Origin: Octopus vulgaris
Lineage: Eukaryota
Direction: 5' to 3'
DNA length: 64,000 nucleotides
NCBI GenBank assembly: GCA_951406725.2
Contig: OX597829.1
Location: forward strand, 4,402,001 to 4,466,000
Of this stretch, positions 58,995 to 64,000 are shown piece by piece. The position numbers and the translations under genes are program-made. Below the pieces are notes generated by a model, which was not told where the DNA came from, ran no database searches, and was given only the letters and a program-made list of their open reading frames with translations. The stretch's first letter is position 1, and every line of letters starts with the position of its first letter.

Positions 58995-60135
58995 TGCGTA
59001 ACTGGTACTTAATTTATCATTTTTTTAAAGCATTTTGCCCGGCATGCTAACGTTCTTATTTCTTTATTGCCCACAAGGGGCTAAACATAGAGGAAACAAA
59101 CAAGGAAAGACAAACGGATTAAGTCAATTATATCGACCCCAGTGCATAACTGGTTCTTAATTTATCGACCCCGAAAGGACGAAAGGCAAAGCCGACCTCG
59201 GCGGAATTTGAACTCAGAACGTAACGGCAGACGAAATATCTATTTCTTTATAACCCAAAAGGGGCTAAACACAGAGAGGACAAACAAGGACAGACAAAGG
59301 GATTAAGTCGATTATATCGACCCCAGTGTGTAACTGGTACTTATTTAATTGACCCCGAAAGGATGAAAGGCAAAGTCGACCTCGGCAGAATTTGAACTCA
59401 GAACGTAAAAGACGAAATACCGCTAAGGATTTTGCCCGGCGTGCTAACGTTTCTGCCAGCTCGACGCCTTTGTTAGCAGATAGAATTACCTTCAACCTGC
59501 TCATTGCCGCTTAACGTTGATAATCGACGCCATGGTAATCAAGGCGGCGAGCTGGCAGAATCGTTAGCACGCCGGGCGAAATGCTTAGCGGATTTTCGTC
59601 TGGTGTTACGTTCTGATTTCAAATTCCGCCGAGGTGACTTTCATCCTTTCGGGGTCGATAAATTAAGTACCAGTTACACACTGGTGTCGATAAAATGGAC
59701 TTAATCCCTTTGTCCTTGTTTGTCCCCTCTGTGTTTAGCCCCTTGTGGGTAGTAAAGAAATAGGTATTTCGTCTGCCACTACGTTCTGAGTTCAAATTCC
59801 TCCGAGGTCGACTTTGCCTTTCATCCTTTCGGAGACGATTAAATAAGTACCAGTTACGCACTAGGGTCGATATAATCGACTTAATCCGTTTGTCTGTCCT
59901 TGTTTGCCTCCTCTGTGTTTAGACCCATTGTGGGTAGTAAAGAAATAGGTATTTCGTCTGCCACTACGTTCTGAGTTCAAATTCCGCCGAGGTCGACTTT
60001 GCCTTTCATCCCTTCGGAGACGATTAAATAAGTACCAGTTACGCACTAGGGTCGATATAATCGACTTAATCCGTTTGTCTGTCCTTGTTTGTCCCCTCTG
60101 TGTTTAGACCCATTGTGGGTAGTAAAGAAATAGGT
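58995..60135. mobile_element. Tandem and inverted cluster of SINE family B (- copies 58995-59470; + copies 59543-60135)
   Basis: Repeated unit of about 185 bp in tandem on each side of a head-to-head junction. Confidence 0.85.
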
Positions 60136-60339
60136 AACCAGTAGTACGACAGGCGAGTATATATTAACTCCACCACCGCACTATCAGCGCCACCGCAGGC
60201 CCCACCGACTTGAACAGCTCTCAGAATACCAAACCAACACCGCCCACGCTGTAGTATTTTTGTCCTTCCTTATCATCTCAAAACTCTTCACTTCAGCTCT
60301 ACTTTCGTCTTTCGTTTGCGCTCGTATCGTTTTATATCA

Positions 60340-60543
60340 CTTTTACTTGTGTTCAGTGATTTGATTCCGGCCATGCTGGAGCACCGTCTTTTCAATCGAG
60401 CAAATCGAGTACGGGACTTACTCTTTGTAAGCCTAGTACATATTCTATCGGTTTCTCTTATGGCCGAACCGCTAGATTACAGGGACGTAAACACACCAGC
60501 ATCGGTTGTCAAGCGATGTTGGGGGACAAACAGACACACAAAC

Positions 60544-60620
<77 letters not shown>

Positions 60621-60866
60621 TATACATATACATATATACGACGGGCTTCTTTTCAGTTTCCGCCTACCAAATTCACTCACAAGTATTTGGTCGGCCCGAG
60701 GTTATAGTAGAAGACTATAGTGTGGTAAGTAGCTTCTTTACCAACCACATGGTTCCGGGTTCAGTCCCACAGCGTGGCACCTTAGGCAAGCGTCTTCTAC
60801 TATAGCCTCGGGCCGACCAAAGCCTTGTGAGTGGATTTGGTAGGCGGAAACTGAAAGAAGACCGTC

Positions 60867-60906
<40 letters not shown>

Positions 60907-61140
60907 AGTTATGTGTGTGTGTGTGTGTGTATGAGTTTGTGTGTCTGTGTTCGCCCCCAACATCGCTTGACAACCGATGCTGGTGTGTTTACGTCCCCGT
61001 AAGTTAGCGGCTCGGCAAAAAAAAAAAAACGATAGAATAAGTACTAGGCTTACAAAGAATAGGTACTGGGGTCGGTTTGTTCGAATAAAAGGGTGTGCGC
61101 CAGCATAGCCGCAGTAAAATGGCTGAAACAGGTAAAAGAG
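60340..61140. mobile_element. Divergent pair of SINE family A
   Basis: - copy at 60340-60715; + copy at 60720-61140. Confidence 0.8.
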
Positions 61141-61148
61141 TGTAAGAG

Positions 61149-62145
<997 letters not shown>

Positions 62146-62499
62146 TTTTTATTGTTATCGCTGTTAAGATCATGCCTTTGTTTAACCACGAACTCAAAAC
62201 TCTGTTTTGGCTTCGCCATAGTTATTCGTTCTTCCATTTTTTTCCTCTGCTCCTGTCTTCCTAGTTTTACTGGGTCGCTTGCGTAGCTGCTTTGCTCGCC
62301 ATCAGAGGCCTCTTACAACATAAAAAAAATAATATAATAACCTCACTTCCTTTTCTCTCAGCGGCAAAGAGACATTACATGCAAACCATTCTGGGTGTAT
62401 TTTACCAGCTGTTTTGGAATACTCAGAGCGCAAATGCCGAAGGTGGCCACCCTCGCACAAAATATACAACGGATTAGGTATTTATTCTTTTCTTTTTCT

Positions 62500-62699
62500 T
62501 TTATTCTTTTACTTGTTGATGTCATTTGACTGCGGCAATGCTGGAGCACCGCCTTTAGTCGAGCAAATCGACCCCAGGACTTATTCTTTGTAAGCCTAGT
62601 ACTTATTCTATCAGTCCCTTTTGTCGAACCGCTAAGTTACGGGGACGCAAACACACCAGCATCGGTTGTCAAGCGATGTTGGGGGGACAAACACAAACA

Positions 62700-62763
<64 letters not shown>

Positions 62764-62940
62764 CACACACATACATACACACACAGATATATATATACGA
62801 CGGGCTTCTTTCAGTTCCGTCTACCAAATCCACTCACAAGGCTTTGGTCGGCCCGGGGCTATGGTAGAAGACACTTGCCCAAGGTGCCACGCAGTGGGAC
62901 TGAACCCTGAACCATGTGGTTGGTAAACAAGCTGCTTACT
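62500..62940 (-). mobile_element. SINE family A
   Basis: Full reverse-complement copy. Confidence 0.85.
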
Positions 62941-63069
62941 TGTTTTTTACTAATTTTTACTAGTTTCATCCAGTCTCCTTGTCTTCTCTCCATGTTGCTA
63001 TATGAATACTTAAAGTGGTTTTAGAGTCGGATCATGGCTGCTATTTTCAGCATAGAGGTATCTCATAGA

Positions 63070-63303
63070 AGGTGGTGAGCTGGTAGAAACGTTAACACGC
63101 CGGGCGAAATGCTTAGCGGCATTTCGTCTGCCGCTGCGTTGTGAGTTCAAATTCCGCCAAGGTCGACTTTGCCTTTCATCATTTCGGGGTCAATAAATTA
63201 AGTACCAGTTACGCACTGGGGTCGATGTAATCGACTTAATCCGTTTGTCTGTCCTTGTTTGTCCCCTTTGTGTTTAGCCCCTTGTGGGCAGTAAAGAAAT
63301 AGG
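63070..63303 (+). mobile_element. SINE family B
   Basis: ggtggtgagctggtagaaacgttaacacgccgggcg...gagttcaaattcc...gtaaagaaatagg. Confidence 0.85.
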
Positions 63304-63519
63304 TATGTCGTAGATACCCTAATTTATAATTTTAATAATTATTACCTTTGAAGGTTATTTTTTCCATGCTGCCCACATAATAAGATCTTTGTTTTATTTT
63401 TAAATTAACGATCTTACCCTTATATATACAAGTGTGTATATGTATGTGTGTATATTTGCAGGGGCATAAAGAAACATGCGTATATTCATGCTTGGGAATC
63501 TATACGTAGAAATATCGAT

Positions 63520-63546
63520 CATAAAATAATGATAATAATGATGATG

Positions 63547-63607
<61 letters not shown>

Positions 63608-63618
63608 TAAAAAAAAAA

Positions 63619-63696
<78 letters not shown>

Positions 63697-63710
63697 TAAT
63701 AATAATAATA

Positions 63711-63759
<49 letters not shown>

Positions 63760-63894
63760 TAAAAAAAAAAAAATAATAATAATAGTAATAAAAATAATGA
63801 TAATAAAAAAATAATAATGATAATAATAATGATAATAATAATAATGATGTTAATAATAATAATAATAATAACAACAACAATAATAATAATAATG

Positions 63895-63925
<31 letters not shown>

Positions 63926-64000
63926 CAACAATAATAATAACAATAACAATAATAATAATAATAACAACAACAATAATAATAATAATAATGATGATGATGA
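63520..64000. repeat. (AAT)n microsatellite
   Basis: Direct reading of the sequence. Confidence 0.95.

Overview
AT-rich, microsatellite-saturated eukaryotic (metazoan) genomic DNA. The SINE/LINE/microsatellite landscape looks cephalopod, probably Octopus; this is an inference. The only convincing host gene is a 3-exon Hairy/E(spl) (HES) bHLH-Orange-WRPW repressor on the + strand (CDS 14421-14477, 16322-16417, 19674-20495; about 324 aa). The ORF track misses its first two exons. It has a textbook Notch-responsive promoter: a paired Su(H)/CSL site with a 16-bp spacer at 13940-13971 and a TATA box at 13997. The protein is atypical: the HES basic-region proline is replaced by Leu and the Orange domain is degenerate. 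The rest of the window is decayed retroelements (two Penelope, two Tx1/L1-like, RTE, CR1-like, a HERO-like endonuclease fragment), two abundant tRNA-derived SINE families, satellites and microsatellites. Reading the non-coding DNA by hand shows about ten type I hammerhead-ribozyme motifs. They lie in Penelope pseudo-LTR-like pieces embedded in (TA)n, and include a family with an unusual core (CUGUNGA plus an extra A). Almost all long ORFs in the track are low-complexity artefacts.
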